Sequence record: SRR20825006_1106
Length of the DNA: 58,084 nucleotides
Direction: 5' to 3' (one strand)
The notes beneath the pieces were generated by a model, which searched no databases, was not told the origin of the DNA, and saw only the letters and a program-made list of their open reading frames with translations. Of this stretch, positions 17,942 to 28,682 are shown one piece after another (position 1 is the first letter of the stretch; each line of letters begins with the position of its first letter). A program made the position numbers and the translations under genes.

Positions 17942-18532
17942 TTGAAGAAACTTGTAGTTTTTGCCTCTGGGTCAGGCTCTAACTTCCAATCTATTATTGA
18001 TGCAATTCTAAACGGGCAGTTGAACGCACGTATAGTTGGTCTTATGTCTAATAAAGAAGAGGCGTATTGCCTTAAACGAGCATCAGAAAACGATATTCCG
18101 ACGGTAATTTTAAAAGCTTCTGATTACACTTCTGAATTTGAGTATGAACAAAAACTCTTAGAACAACTACACACCTGGGAAGCTGATGTTATAATTTTGG
18201 CTGGGTATTTAAGGAAAATTCCAGCTTCAATCATTGATGCTTTTCCTAACAATATTCTGAATATCCATCCATCATTGCTACCTAAATATGGTGGTAAAGG
18301 TTTTTACGGTATAAAAGTACACAAAGCTGTTCTTGAAGCTAATGAAGAGGAAAGCGGATGTACTATTCATATTGTAAGCCGAGAATATGATGAAGGACCA
18401 GTTTTAGGCCAATCTCGTGTACCTGTATTAAAAACCGATACTCCGGAACAACTTGCTGAGCGTGTGCTTATACAAGAGCACAAATTATATCCCGCAATTA
18501 TCCAACAACATCTAGAATCTTTAAAAAACTAA
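17942..18532 (+). CDS. purN: Phosphoribosylglycinamide formyltransferase
   Basis: FASGSGSNFQ, LAGYL, NIHPSLLP, GCTIH.V...YDEGP; TTG start. Confidence 0.97.
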   Translation: MKKLVVFASGSGSNFQSIIDAILNGQLNARIVGLMSNKEEAYCLKRASENDIPTVILKASDYTSEFEYEQKLLEQLHTWEADVIILAGYLRKIPASIIDAFPNNILNIHPSLLPKYGGKGFYGIKVHKAVLEANEEESGCTIHIVSREYDEGPVLGQSRVPVLKTDTPEQLAERVLIQEHKLYPAIIQQHLESLKN

Positions 18533-18536
18533 CAAC

Positions 18537-20111
18537 GTGGCTTTAAAACCTCTTAATTCTTTACCCGAAACAAATCTTACCATTAAAAGAGCATTGCTTT
18601 CTGTTTCTGATAAAGCACATCTTATTGACTTAGCTACAGCATTACACGAACAAAACGTTGAGCTGCTATCGACTGGTGGAACTGCAAAAGCCATTTCTGA
18701 TGCTGGCATCCCAGTTAAAGATGTTTCTGAGATTACACACTTTAAAGAATGTCTCGATGGTAGAGTAAAAACTCTTCATCCAAATGTGCATGGCGGTATC
18801 TTAGCAAGAACAAGTTATGATAAAGATTTGCAGGAACTTGAAGAACTTGGTATTGAGCCTATTCAACTCGTTGTGGTTAACTTGTATCCTTTCAAAAACA
18901 AAGTAGCAGAAGGAGCAATTACTCCTGCTGTTGCTACTGAGTTTATCGATATTGGGGGGCCAACAATGATTAGAGCTGCCGCTAAAAACTTCGCACACGT
19001 TGCTATACTAAGTAGTTCATCTCAATATGAAGATTTTATTACTGAATTTAAAAATGGCGATGGTATAACTTTCAAAACACGCCAAGTTTTAGCTAAAGAC
19101 GCTTTCAATCACACCGCCGACTATGACACTGCCATTGCGAACTATTTTATTGGCTTAGTTGATGAAAATCCTGTTCAACAGCTAAATATTTCCCTCCCAC
19201 TTTCTCATGAACTTCGCTATGGCGAGAATCCTCATCAGAATGCAGCTGTATATGGAAATCAAGATTCAATAATTGATTGTTTTCACGGTAAACAGCTGAG
19301 TTACAATAATTACCTTGATGTAGACTCTGCCCTAAGTATCATCTCTTCTTTTGATGAAAACCAACCTGCATGCGTTATTATTAAACACACAATACCTTGT
19401 GGTGTTGGCATTGCAAACAATCTTACTGACGCATATAAACGAGCATTCAGCACTGATACCGTATCTCCTTTTGGTGGAATCGTTGTTGTAAATAAGGAGT
19501 TAGACATCGACACTGCAAAAGCAATAGATGAAATCTTTACTGAAATTATCATTGCACCATCCTTTTCTAGTGATGCGCTTGAATTACTAACTCAAAAAAA
19601 GAACCGCCGCTTAATTCGCATCAAAAAGAACCTAACAGAAGCTTCCTCTCACACCTATCGTTCTATTTTTGGAGGTCTTTTGAAACAAGATGCAGACTTA
19701 GAGTCTATAAATGCTGATGAATTTAAAGTAGTAACAGAACGTACCCCTTCTTCCGAAGAGATGATCGATCTTATATTTGCCTGGAAAGTTGTTCGCAATG
19801 TAAAGTCTAACGCGATTGTTTACGCCAAAGATGGCAGAACTTTAGGGATTGGCTCAGGACAAACAAGTCGCGTAGATTCATCCGAAATCGCTGTAGCAAA
19901 AGCGCTAAAAGAAGGATTAAACTTGGAAGGCTCAGCAATTGCATCAGACGCATTCTTCCCATTTGCGGATGGTGTTGAGGCGGCAGCTAAAGCTGGCGCA
20001 AAAGCAATTATCCAGCCAGGTGGTAGTATTCGAGATGAGGAAGTTATTGCGAAAGCAAATGAATACGGTATGACGATGATTTTTACTGGTAAAAGACATT
20101 TTAAACATTAA
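18537..20111 (+). CDS. purH: Bifunctional AICAR formyltransferase/IMP cyclohydrolase
   Basis: RALLSVSDK, STGGTA, GRVKTLHP, IDIGGPTMIRAAAKN, LRYGENPHQ, ASDAFFPF.D, QPGGS.RD, RHFKH. Confidence 0.98.
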   Translation: MALKPLNSLPETNLTIKRALLSVSDKAHLIDLATALHEQNVELLSTGGTAKAISDAGIPVKDVSEITHFKECLDGRVKTLHPNVHGGILARTSYDKDLQELEELGIEPIQLVVVNLYPFKNKVAEGAITPAVATEFIDIGGPTMIRAAAKNFAHVAILSSSSQYEDFITEFKNGDGITFKTRQVLAKDAFNHTADYDTAIANYFIGLVDENPVQQLNISLPLSHELRYGENPHQNAAVYGNQDSIIDCFHGKQLSYNNYLDVDSALSIISSFDENQPACVIIKHTIPCGVGIANNLTDAYKRAFSTDTVSPFGGIVVVNKELDIDTAKAIDEIFTEIIIAPSFSSDALELLTQKKNRRLIRIKKNLTEASSHTYRSIFGGLLKQDADLESINADEFKVVTERTPSSEEMIDLIFAWKVVRNVKSNAIVYAKDGRTLGIGSGQTSRVDSSEIAVAKALKEGLNLEGSAIASDAFFPFADGVEAAAKAGAKAIIQPGGSIRDEEVIAKANEYGMTMIFTGKRHFKH

Positions 20112-20219
20112 CAACCCTTTCATTTTATTTCGCTTTTTATATATTCGCTAATACAAAATCATTATTGTATTTTCTTTTAATCTACACCCTGCATAATTTA
20201 AATATCCTCTATAGTGGCA

Positions 20220-21284
20220 ATGTCAGACAATTACGGTATTCCTTCACATTCAAAAACAAAGACTAAAAGAAAAAAAGGTCTTTTAGACTTTCTATACACA
20301 GATATAGCAATAGATTTAGGTACAGCTAACACCTTGATTTATGCGCGAGGTCAAGGTATTGTTTTGGACGAACCCTCAATAGTTGCACTTAATCAAAATG
20401 GCGCTTTTGTTACTACAGGCCATGAAGCTCGATTAATGCATGAAAAAACACATAAGAATATCAGAACTGTTCGCCCATTGAGAGATGGTGTAATTGCTGA
20501 TTTCGAAGTTGCCGAGCATATGATTCGGGGCATGATTAAGAAGGTTAAGGTAAAATGGTATTCTTCAACGCGCCAAATGGTTATTTGTGTGCCAAGTGGC
20601 ATTACTGAGGTTGAACGCCGTGCAGTAAGAGATAGCGCAGAACATGCTGGAGCCAAGGAAGTATATTTAGTTGATGAACCGATGGCCGCAGCAATTGGAA
20701 TTGGCTTAGATGTACACGAACCAGTTGGTAATATGATTGTAGATATCGGAGGTGGAACTACTGAAATCGCTGTTATTGCACTATCAGGTATCGTTTATGC
20801 ACAATCGGTGAGATTGGGTGGGGATGAACTAAACGATGACATTATTAACTATTTTAGACGCAACCATAACTTGTTGATTGGTGAGCGAACAGCTGAAAAG
20901 ATTAAATGTGAAATAGGATCTGCAGCTCCTCTTGATGAAGAGTTAGAAATGATTACAAAAGGTCGTGACCTTGTTAACGGCGTTCCTAGAACACGCCACA
21001 TTACCTCCAAAGATGCACGTGAAGCTATTGCTGAATCAGTAAATACAATTGTAGAATCAATTACTAAGTCTTTAGAGCAAACACCTCCTGAACTTTCTGC
21101 TGACATTTTAGATCGCGGAATTATGCTTACTGGTGGTGGTGCATTGTTGAAGAATTTAGACAAACTCATAATGGAAACAACAGATCTTCCTGTTCATATT
21201 GCTGAAGATCCACTTACTGCTGTAGTTCGTGGTACTGGTGCCATACTTGAAAACCTTGAATATTATCGCCCTGTGATTTCATAA
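20220..21284 (+). CDS. mreB: Rod shape-determining protein MreB
   Basis: IAIDLGTANT, RPLRDGVIADF, EPMAAAIG, VDIGGGTTE, LTGGGALL. Start is ATG 20220 or GTG 20214. Confidence 0.98.
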   Translation: MSDNYGIPSHSKTKTKRKKGLLDFLYTDIAIDLGTANTLIYARGQGIVLDEPSIVALNQNGAFVTTGHEARLMHEKTHKNIRTVRPLRDGVIADFEVAEHMIRGMIKKVKVKWYSSTRQMVICVPSGITEVERRAVRDSAEHAGAKEVYLVDEPMAAAIGIGLDVHEPVGNMIVDIGGGTTEIAVIALSGIVYAQSVRLGGDELNDDIINYFRRNHNLLIGERTAEKIKCEIGSAAPLDEELEMITKGRDLVNGVPRTRHITSKDAREAIAESVNTIVESITKSLEQTPPELSADILDRGIMLTGGGALLKNLDKLIMETTDLPVHIAEDPLTAVVRGTGAILENLEYYRPVIS

Positions 21285-21296
21285 CTCTAAAGATGA

Positions 21297-22139
21297 ATGC
21301 AATTTAAACTCATTAAAGTTGGTGAAGCTAAAGATTTCATATTAACTGCCATACTTCTTTTACTTGCTATATCAATTGCTGTAAGCAGGAATCAGGGTGG
21401 TATTAATAGTTTACGTCAGGTTTCTATAACCGTTGTGAGTTTACTTCAAACTCCCCTTTCTAGCGTTCGTATTTATCGCCAAGCTTTAAACACAAATACT
21501 TATCTGCAACGTCAAAACATTCTTCTACAGGACGAACTTAGCAGATTAAGATCTATTGAACAGGAGAATATTAATCTTAGAAGAATGTTCGAATTTAAAG
21601 AACAATCTCCTTTAGATTTAAAACCTGTAACTATTATTGGAAAAGAACTAAGTGGCATAAACAATAGCCTTACTATTACCCCAGGTGCTTCGGAAGGCTT
21701 GAAGCCGGGAATGCCACTTATTACATCCGACGGTCTACTAGGGAAAATTGTATTAATCAATGATAAATATGCTCAGGTAATGCCTTATTATAACAGTTTG
21801 TTTAGAGTAAGTGCTAGAGTTCAAGAAAACCAAGCTCCAGGAATTGTCTCTTGGTCTGGAACAAACATGTCTGAGCTAGTAATGGATTTTGTCCCGCTTA
21901 CAATTAGAGTCGATAGTGGTTTTGTGGTGGAAACTTCTGGATTTAGTAATCAATACCCTCAAGGAATTCCAATAGGAACTGTCATAAGAACTGAACCTGA
22001 GGAAGGAAAAGAAACTCAAAGAATATACTTAAAACCATCAGCTTCTTTATATAATGTATCTGAAGGTTTCATTGTTAAGTTTAGCCGAGATACCTCTCTT
22101 ATAAACCTAGAAACCGACTACAAAGAAATTTTCAAATGA
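21297..22139 (+). CDS. mreC: Rod shape-determining protein MreC
   Basis: N-terminal TM plus coiled coil (EN..LR), VETSG...YPQGIPIG; operon position. Confidence 0.93.
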   Translation: MQFKLIKVGEAKDFILTAILLLLAISIAVSRNQGGINSLRQVSITVVSLLQTPLSSVRIYRQALNTNTYLQRQNILLQDELSRLRSIEQENINLRRMFEFKEQSPLDLKPVTIIGKELSGINNSLTITPGASEGLKPGMPLITSDGLLGKIVLINDKYAQVMPYYNSLFRVSARVQENQAPGIVSWSGTNMSELVMDFVPLTIRVDSGFVVETSGFSNQYPQGIPIGTVIRTEPEEGKETQRIYLKPSASLYNVSEGFIVKFSRDTSLINLETDYKEIFK

Positions 22140-22606
22140 ACCGAGAAGTAGTAAAACATATTGGTGTTGGTATTCTTTTCGTGCTCTCTCACGTTTTATT
22201 ATTTCAATACTTAAGTATTTTTGGAGCCATAGCCGACCCTGTATTGATTTATTTACTGTGGCTAAGCATGAAGTATGAAAGAACTACGGTTCTATTATTT
22301 GCTGCAGGTCTCGGCTTATTTCAAGATTCTTTATTTGATTTATGGGGTTTATATATGTTCTCTAAAACCCTTCTCATTTTTATTAGCTACAAAATAATTT
22401 CTAGAAACTCAGAAAATAGATTACTTCTTTGGCAAATTTTCTTCTTTATTTGGGTTACAGCTTTTTTCCATAATGCTTTTTTCCTCACTCTTAGCTCATT
22501 TATTCAAACCTACACATCTGGGTTTTCACCAATACTGTTTTTATTGGTTAGTAGCTTATACACTGCATTAACGGGTGCTTTACTCTTTGTTTTTAAGGGG
22601 AAGTAA
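22136..22606 (+). CDS. mreD: Rod shape-determining protein MreD
   Basis: Small multi-TM protein with GLFQD motif lying between mreC and mrdA. Confidence 0.85.
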   Translation: MNREVVKHIGVGILFVLSHVLLFQYLSIFGAIADPVLIYLLWLSMKYERTTVLLFAAGLGLFQDSLFDLWGLYMFSKTLLIFISYKIISRNSENRLLLWQIFFFIWVTAFFHNAFFLTLSSFIQTYTSGFSPILFLLVSSLYTALTGALLFVFKGK

Positions 22607-22611
22607 TAACT

Positions 22612-24453
22612 TTGAAACGATATAGTACAGATCGAACTAGAACTTCTATAATTGTTTTGCAAGTTATAATGACCGGATTATGCCTAATTGCGCTAGGTAG
22701 AATCTTTTTACTTCAAATAGTTAATTATGAAACTTATGAAGAACTCGGGGAAAGAAATTCCATTCGTCAAGAGTATGTTGACCCCGCACGTGGCCTTATT
22801 TTCGATCGTAATTTTAAACTTATTGTAGATAACCAACCCATTTTCTCACTCACTATTACACCTAGTAATTTTGATGAAGCAAATACTCCAATCCTCGCTA
22901 AGCTCCTATCAGTGCCTGATAGTCTTATTAATCTAAAAGTAAAAGAAGCTCAAAAATATTCATGGTATAGAACTTCAAAACTGATTTCAGATATTGACTT
23001 CATGACGTTTTCAAGTATACAAGAAAATATATGGAAGCTCCCTGGTATTGGCCATCAGATAGATAGCAAACGAAATTATCCTACAAAAATGAAAGCCTCT
23101 CACATATTGGGTTATTTGCGTGAAGCGAATGAAAATGACTATGCGAATAGTAAAACAATCAGATTAGGCGACAAAATAGGTAAAAGTGGCTTAGAGCTTA
23201 TCTACGAAGACAGTTTACGTGGTGTATTGGGAATGAATTATCTTAAAGTTAATGCATTTGGTCAATCATTAGGCAACTTTACAAAAGAACGTAAACCTTT
23301 ATCACCCATTCAAGGTGATAATATAATAAGTACCATTGATTCTGATTTACAGCTTTTTGCTGAAGAATTAATGGTAGGAAAAAGTGGTGCTGTTGTGGCC
23401 ATGGATCCAACAACTGGTGAGATACTAGCTCTGGTAAGTTCACCTGAATATGATGTTAGTCGCCTAGCGGGCCGTATAGATACTGAATATTGGCAAGAAA
23501 TTAATACTGATTCTACAAAACCACTTTATAACAGAGCTATATCTAGCCGACAACCCCCAGGTTCAACATTTAAGCCATTGATGGGAATTGTTGGAATGGA
23601 ATTAGGAATTGTAACACCTACAACAGAAATCTATAACAGCGGCTCTTACATCCGAGGAAGAGCTTATAATGATTTAGCAGAACCTGGAAGTTATAATCTC
23701 GAGAAAGCCATTGCTTATTCTAGTAATACCTATTTCCTATCTCTTATGGACAAAATTACGATGTCTGGCAAGCTCAATCAATGGAGTACACTTATTAAAG
23801 ACTTTGGGCTTGGAGTACCTAATAGGATTGATTTACCTAGTGCCAACCAAGGAATTATACCCGATAGTACGTACTTAGATAATCGTTTTGGTAGAAGAAA
23901 GTGGAGCCTAGGAGATGTTTTAAACCTCGGTATTGGACAGGGGCTTATTTCAGCATCTCCATTACAAATTGCTCAAATGACTAGCTCAATTGCTAATGGA
24001 GGTTTTAGAATTACTCCGCATTTAGTTAAAGCAACGCAACAACCCGATGGTACTTTAAACTACATGCAACCAGAGCATACAAAGATAGGTTGGGTTAAAG
24101 ATATTTATCTAGAAACAGTAAAGAAAGGGATGAGAAGAGTGGTTTTGGAAGGTGGGGGGAGATATTACGCCAACATTCCAAACATTGAAGTGGCAGGTAA
24201 AACAGGTACCGCTCAAAATCCACTTGGCCAAGATCATGGCTGGTTCACTTCTTTTGCACCTTTTGATAATCCCCAAATTGTTGTAACGGTTTTCTTAGAA
24301 AATTCAGGTTTTGGCTCTATTTCTGCTGCTCCTATAGCTTCGCTCGTCATCGAAAAATATCTTACTGGCGAAATACAGAAAAAAAGGACCTACGTATATA
24401 ACTACGTTTTAAACTTTGTACCAAGGCCACAAAGCAAAAAGGAAAATGAATAA
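22612..24453 (+). CDS. mrdA: Penicillin-binding protein 2
   Basis: RGLIFDRN, GKSGLE, SxxK (PGSTFK), SSN, KTGTAQ motifs; mre operon context. Confidence 0.96.
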   Translation: MKRYSTDRTRTSIIVLQVIMTGLCLIALGRIFLLQIVNYETYEELGERNSIRQEYVDPARGLIFDRNFKLIVDNQPIFSLTITPSNFDEANTPILAKLLSVPDSLINLKVKEAQKYSWYRTSKLISDIDFMTFSSIQENIWKLPGIGHQIDSKRNYPTKMKASHILGYLREANENDYANSKTIRLGDKIGKSGLELIYEDSLRGVLGMNYLKVNAFGQSLGNFTKERKPLSPIQGDNIISTIDSDLQLFAEELMVGKSGAVVAMDPTTGEILALVSSPEYDVSRLAGRIDTEYWQEINTDSTKPLYNRAISSRQPPGSTFKPLMGIVGMELGIVTPTTEIYNSGSYIRGRAYNDLAEPGSYNLEKAIAYSSNTYFLSLMDKITMSGKLNQWSTLIKDFGLGVPNRIDLPSANQGIIPDSTYLDNRFGRRKWSLGDVLNLGIGQGLISASPLQIAQMTSSIANGGFRITPHLVKATQQPDGTLNYMQPEHTKIGWVKDIYLETVKKGMRRVVLEGGGRYYANIPNIEVAGKTGTAQNPLGQDHGWFTSFAPFDNPQIVVTVFLENSGFGSISAAPIASLVIEKYLTGEIQKKRTYVYNYVLNFVPRPQSKKENE

Positions 24454-25696
24454 CTTTAGAGATTTTAATTGGTCTATTTTCATCCCTTGGCTTATACTTG
24501 CAATTATAGGCCTTGTTGCTATTTATAGCGCTACTCAGGGTCCTGTTTCTGAGTTTTTACCCTCATTCATTCTAAATAATTTCCCTAAACAATTAGTTTG
24601 GGTAGGTTTATCGATTGTCCTTGTTTTTGGATTTCAGTTTATTACACCTCGTTCATATATGCAATTATCGTATCTATTCTATGCCGTAGCATTGATACTG
24701 ATGATTCTAACCTTTTTTATTGGTACTGAAATAAATGGTGCTCGAAGCTGGATTAAAGTAGGTCCCATAAATATTCAACCAAGTGAGTTGATGAAGATTG
24801 CAACTATATTGGCTACTGCAAATTACCTTACAAGCCGTAGAGATATTTCAGCAGATAATGTGAGATATGCTCTCATTGCAGTTCTTATGATATTGGCACC
24901 AACATCATTAATAATTCTTCAGAATGATGTGGGTACGGCATTAGTATTTCTTTCTCTTATTCCTGTAATGTTGTTTTGGTCGGGGCTCCCTTATGGCGTT
25001 TCATTATTTATTATTTCCCCTGCTATAATTCTCTACTTAACCGTTTTCAGCTGGGTTTATGGTGCTATAGCCACTGTAGTACTAGCTGCACTTATATTTA
25101 TAATCCAAAAAGGACCTTGGCTTACAGGCACTGCTTTAGTTACTGGCGCACTAACTGTAATTGGTGTTAATGTTGCTTTAACTGATCTGCTTCAACCACA
25201 TCAAATTTCTAGAATTACGGCATTTACAAACCCTAATTTTGATCCAACTGGTGCTGGCTGGAATGTTATCCAAGCCAAAACAGCAATTGGCTCAGGTGGT
25301 TTATTTGGTAAAGGCTTTTTAGAGGGTACGCAAACACAACTCCGCTTTTTACCTGAACAATGGACCGACTTTATTTCTTGTGTGATTGGGGAAGAGTTCG
25401 GATTTCTTGGGCTCGGACTCTTAATACTTACCTTTCTATTTTTCTTTATCAGAATGCTGAATATGGCAGGAAATCATAAACATCCTTTTGCTCAACTCGT
25501 TACAGTGAGTGTAACGTCAGTATTCTTCATTCACTTTTTCATCAATATTGGTAGTGCTACTGCTTTACTTCCCGTAATAGGCCTTCCTTTACCATTTGTA
25601 AGCTATGGTGGTTCCGCATTTCTTACTAACTCTTTGATGTTGGCAATTTGTTTAAATATGGATCTTCATAAACGCGAATTTAGTATCTATCGCTAA
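24446..25696 (+). CDS. rodA: Rod shape-determining SEDS protein RodA
   Basis: GARSW, QPSE..K, AIGSGG..GKG, LPE..TDFI, IGEE.G, PLPFVSYGGS. Start at MNNFRDF. Confidence 0.96.
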   Translation: MNNFRDFNWSIFIPWLILAIIGLVAIYSATQGPVSEFLPSFILNNFPKQLVWVGLSIVLVFGFQFITPRSYMQLSYLFYAVALILMILTFFIGTEINGARSWIKVGPINIQPSELMKIATILATANYLTSRRDISADNVRYALIAVLMILAPTSLIILQNDVGTALVFLSLIPVMLFWSGLPYGVSLFIISPAIILYLTVFSWVYGAIATVVLAALIFIIQKGPWLTGTALVTGALTVIGVNVALTDLLQPHQISRITAFTNPNFDPTGAGWNVIQAKTAIGSGGLFGKGFLEGTQTQLRFLPEQWTDFISCVIGEEFGFLGLGLLILTFLFFFIRMLNMAGNHKHPFAQLVTVSVTSVFFIHFFINIGSATALLPVIGLPLPFVSYGGSAFLTNSLMLAICLNMDLHKREFSIYR

Positions 25697-26313
25697 GCTT
25701 TTTTGTACTTTTTATTAGTCCCCAATTTAAAACTTTGTCTATGATGGATAGTTGAGCCATACTTTAGAAGTGCTTTTTTATGTTCTGGTGTTGGATAGCC
25801 CACATTTTTCTGCCAATTAAACTCAGGATATTCTTTGCCTAGTTTGACCATCAAATCATCTCTATAAACTTTTGCTAAAATAGAAGCTGCTCCAATACTT
25901 AAAGACTTATCATCTCCCTTAACTATGCAAGTATGTGGTATTAGTGAGCTCGTATATCTATTTCCATCCACTAAAAGATAATCTGGACATGCGTCTTTAA
26001 TTTCAGTGCACCTTAGCATTGTATCTATTGAAGCCCAAAGGATATTCAATTTATCTATTGTTTCAATACTCCCCTCTTGAACTGTCCAAAACAGAGCTTT
26101 TTCCCGAATTATTGTAGCTAATTCCCTTCTTTTAAGCTCTGAAATGGTTTTGCTATCTCTTACCCCCTCTAATTTAATGCCCCTCGGTAAAATTACTCCT
26201 GCGGCAACCACTGGTCCGCAAAGGCAACCTCGGCCAACTTCATCTAGCCCCATGACTCTTTTAAAACCATCAGCCCATAATTTTCTTTCGTATAACAATC
26301 TATCTTGATTCAT
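25693..26313 (-). CDS. rnhB: Ribonuclease HII
   Basis: GLDEVGRG.L.GPVVA, DSK, LVDG, KGD, AASILAKV.RD, GYPT, HRQSF. Confidence 0.97.
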   Translation of the reverse strand: MNQDRLLYERKLWADGFKRVMGLDEVGRGCLCGPVVAAGVILPRGIKLEGVRDSKTISELKRRELATIIREKALFWTVQEGSIETIDKLNILWASIDTMLRCTEIKDACPDYLLVDGNRYTSSLIPHTCIVKGDDKSLSIGAASILAKVYRDDLMVKLGKEYPEFNWQKNVGYPTPEHKKALLKYGSTIHHRQSFKLGTNKKYKKA

Positions 26314-26401
26314 AAACAAATTTACTAATATTCTAACCTTCTTTTCTCTATTATTGGAACTGATTACCCCTCCAATTTAGTTACAGAAGTAAAAAGGTAC
26401 T

Positions 26402-27514
26402 ATGAATTTTCGATACTCCAATTGGGATGAACAGCTAGCCAAGCATAAAGGGAAAACTCCCTTCGATACGCTTTGGGATTTATTTCAACAGCTTCTCACT
26501 ATTTCTAGCGGAGATGTAGCACAAGCTTTGAAATGGTTAACCGAGCTTGATGCACAATATGAAATAACAAATCAATTTGATGCTGATTATTCAATTGGTG
26601 ATTTTATTGAGGAGATGAAAGAACGTGACTACCTTGATGACAGCTCTGAGAACAATGATTTGATAATGACTCGAAAAGCGGAACGTTCTCTTCGCCAAAA
26701 AGCGCTTGAAGAAGTCTTCCGCAACCTTGAAAAAGGAACAGCAGGGTCTCATAAAACTCCTCATTCTGGCCGTGGAGTTGAAAGGCAACCTGAAACACGA
26801 CTATGGGCTCCAGGAGATGATATAGGCCAAATTGATTCTGTAGGAACTATGCTCAATATGCTAAATCATAGTTCCATTGAGAGCTTTGATTTGCATGAAG
26901 ATGATTTATCGGTTTACGATACAGATCATTATACATCTGTTGCAACAGTTCTACTACTTGATTTAAGTCACTCTATGATTTTGTATGGAGAAGATAGAAT
27001 TACACCGGCCAAGAAGGTGGCGATGGCACTTTCCGAATTAATAATAAGTAACTATGCAAAAGACTCTCTAGATATAGTAGTATTTGGAAACGAAGCCTGG
27101 GAAATAGCTATTGAAGACTTGCCTTACCTAAAAGTGGGACCTTATCATACAAATACGTTACAAGGCTTAGAAAGAGCTCGACATATTCTGCAGAGAAAGA
27201 AATATGCGAACAAACAAATTTTCATGATTACAGATGGAAAGCCTTCTTGCATGATAGAGAATGGAAAGCTTTATAAAAACAGCTTCGGCTTAGATAGGAA
27301 GATAGTGAATAAGGTGTTAGATGAAGCCGTAAAATGCCGCAGAGAAAAGATATCTATTACTACGTTTATGATTGCATCAGATCCTTACCTACAACGCTTT
27401 GTGCGCGAAATGACAGAAGCAAATAAAGGCAAGGCTTACTTCTCTTCACTAGATAGTTTGGGAGAGTATATTTTTGAAGATTATATGCGAAATCGTAAAA
27501 AAAATGTGACCTAA
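26402..27514 (+). CDS. von Willebrand factor type A domain protein
   Basis: MIDAS motif DLSHS, TN..GL, MITDGKP; SMILYGEDRITPAKKVAMAL segment typical of bacterial vWA partners of AAA+ ATPases. Confidence 0.85.
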   Translation: MNFRYSNWDEQLAKHKGKTPFDTLWDLFQQLLTISSGDVAQALKWLTELDAQYEITNQFDADYSIGDFIEEMKERDYLDDSSENNDLIMTRKAERSLRQKALEEVFRNLEKGTAGSHKTPHSGRGVERQPETRLWAPGDDIGQIDSVGTMLNMLNHSSIESFDLHEDDLSVYDTDHYTSVATVLLLDLSHSMILYGEDRITPAKKVAMALSELIISNYAKDSLDIVVFGNEAWEIAIEDLPYLKVGPYHTNTLQGLERARHILQRKKYANKQIFMITDGKPSCMIENGKLYKNSFGLDRKIVNKVLDEAVKCRREKISITTFMIASDPYLQRFVREMTEANKGKAYFSSLDSLGEYIFEDYMRNRKKNVT

Positions 27515-27515
27515 T

Positions 27516-27548
27516 AAAAAAGGCTATTCAATAAAATTGAATAGCCTT
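27516..27548 (-). terminator. Terminator between the convergent vWA gene and skp operon
   Basis: AAGGCTATTCAAT-AAA-ATTGAATAGCCTT with an A run on the left, which is the T tail on the minus strand. Confidence 0.85.
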
Positions 27549-27569
27549 GAAATCGTATTGGTTCAGAAA

Positions 27570-28106
27570 TTACATTCCCAATTCTACCATCACTTGCTCT
27601 GTAATATCAAACTTAGCTTGATAGTCAGGTGAAGCATAAAGAATAATTAAATCACCACTGTTAGTTGTGGTATTTAATACATAAGACAATTCCATTCTCT
27701 TTGCTACATTTGTTATAGCAAGATCAATTTGATTAAGTAATGGGCCTAATAACTCGTTTCTCTTCGCAGCAACATCAGCTTGAGCTTTTTGCTGTGCTTG
27801 ATTTAGATCAGTGCTCATTTTTTGAAGTTGAGCTTGTTCTGTTTGTTTTGCAGACTCAGAAATAGCGCCTTCTTTCTGTCTGTATACAGCAATTGCATTT
27901 TGTAACTCTGCGTCTTTAGCGCGTAATGCATTCGTCTGTTTTTCAGAAAAATTGATCAATTTTTGTTGTATTGCCTTCATTTCAGGCATACGAGTCAATA
28001 TGGTTTGAGGATCTACATACCCTACTTTTAATTGTTGAGCACTTACTACAGAACTTAACGTAGCCATTAAAAATAGGAGGATTCCAATTGGTAACTTTTT
28101 AGTCAT
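27570..28106 (-). CDS. skp: OmpH/Skp family periplasmic chaperone (copy 3)
   Basis: Signal peptide; KVGYVD...IL..MPE; long coiled coil; DIT..V end. Start at MTKKLPI. Confidence 0.88.
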   Translation of the reverse strand: MTKKLPIGILLFLMATLSSVVSAQQLKVGYVDPQTILTRMPEMKAIQQKLINFSEKQTNALRAKDAELQNAIAVYRQKEGAISESAKQTEQAQLQKMSTDLNQAQQKAQADVAAKRNELLGPLLNQIDLAITNVAKRMELSYVLNTTTNSGDLIILYASPDYQAKFDITEQVMVELGM

Positions 28107-28137
28107 AATAGTGATGAATAAATTTATTGTTTTACGA

Positions 28138-28653
28138 TTATTGAAGTTTCTGAAGAACTTTCTGAGTAATATTTGGTTGGTTTTCAGCAGCATAGAATAT
28201 AATCTCACCACCCTCTGAGGTAACATCACTAAGCACTAAATCTAAACCTAGCTCTTTTGCAACGTCAGCAATTGCTTTGTTAACTTTATCTTGAATTGGG
28301 CCTAATAACGCTATTTGGCGCTGTTGAATTTCTTCATAGCTAGCTTGTTTAGTCGCTTCAAACTGTTCATTAAGAGCAATTAATTCACTCTCTCGTGCTT
28401 GTTTGGCTTCATTAGAAAGTGTTGCCATAATTTTTTCATACGCTTCGATTTGTGCTTGAAGTGAGTCTGCTTTAGGCTTTAGCATTGCATCTTTTTGTTC
28501 TACGAACAATCTAATTTCTTCGCCTAATTTTTTAACTTCTTGCAATTCACTCATAATTATGTCGGGATTCGCATACCCTATCTTAACTTGAGCAGATGCA
28601 TACTGCGTACTAAAAAAGGCCAATGCCGCAACTAATAGTAATCTTCTAATCAT
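28138..28653 (-). CDS. skp: OmpH/Skp family periplasmic chaperone (copy 2)
   Basis: Signal peptide; KIGYAN; coiled coil; AIADVAKELGLDLVL; NITQKVL. Confidence 0.88.
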   Translation of the reverse strand: MIRRLLLVAALAFFSTQYASAQVKIGYANPDIIMSELQEVKKLGEEIRLFVEQKDAMLKPKADSLQAQIEAYEKIMATLSNEAKQARESELIALNEQFEATKQASYEEIQQRQIALLGPIQDKVNKAIADVAKELGLDLVLSDVTSEGGEIIFYAAENQPNITQKVLQKLQ

Positions 28654-28682
28654 TATACTTGTTTATTTTGAGTGTTAATTTT

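Noticed and set aside
28107-28229. Apparent long overlap between two skp ORFs
   Set aside because: An artefact of an upstream alternative start; the signal peptide begins at the ATG at 28106.
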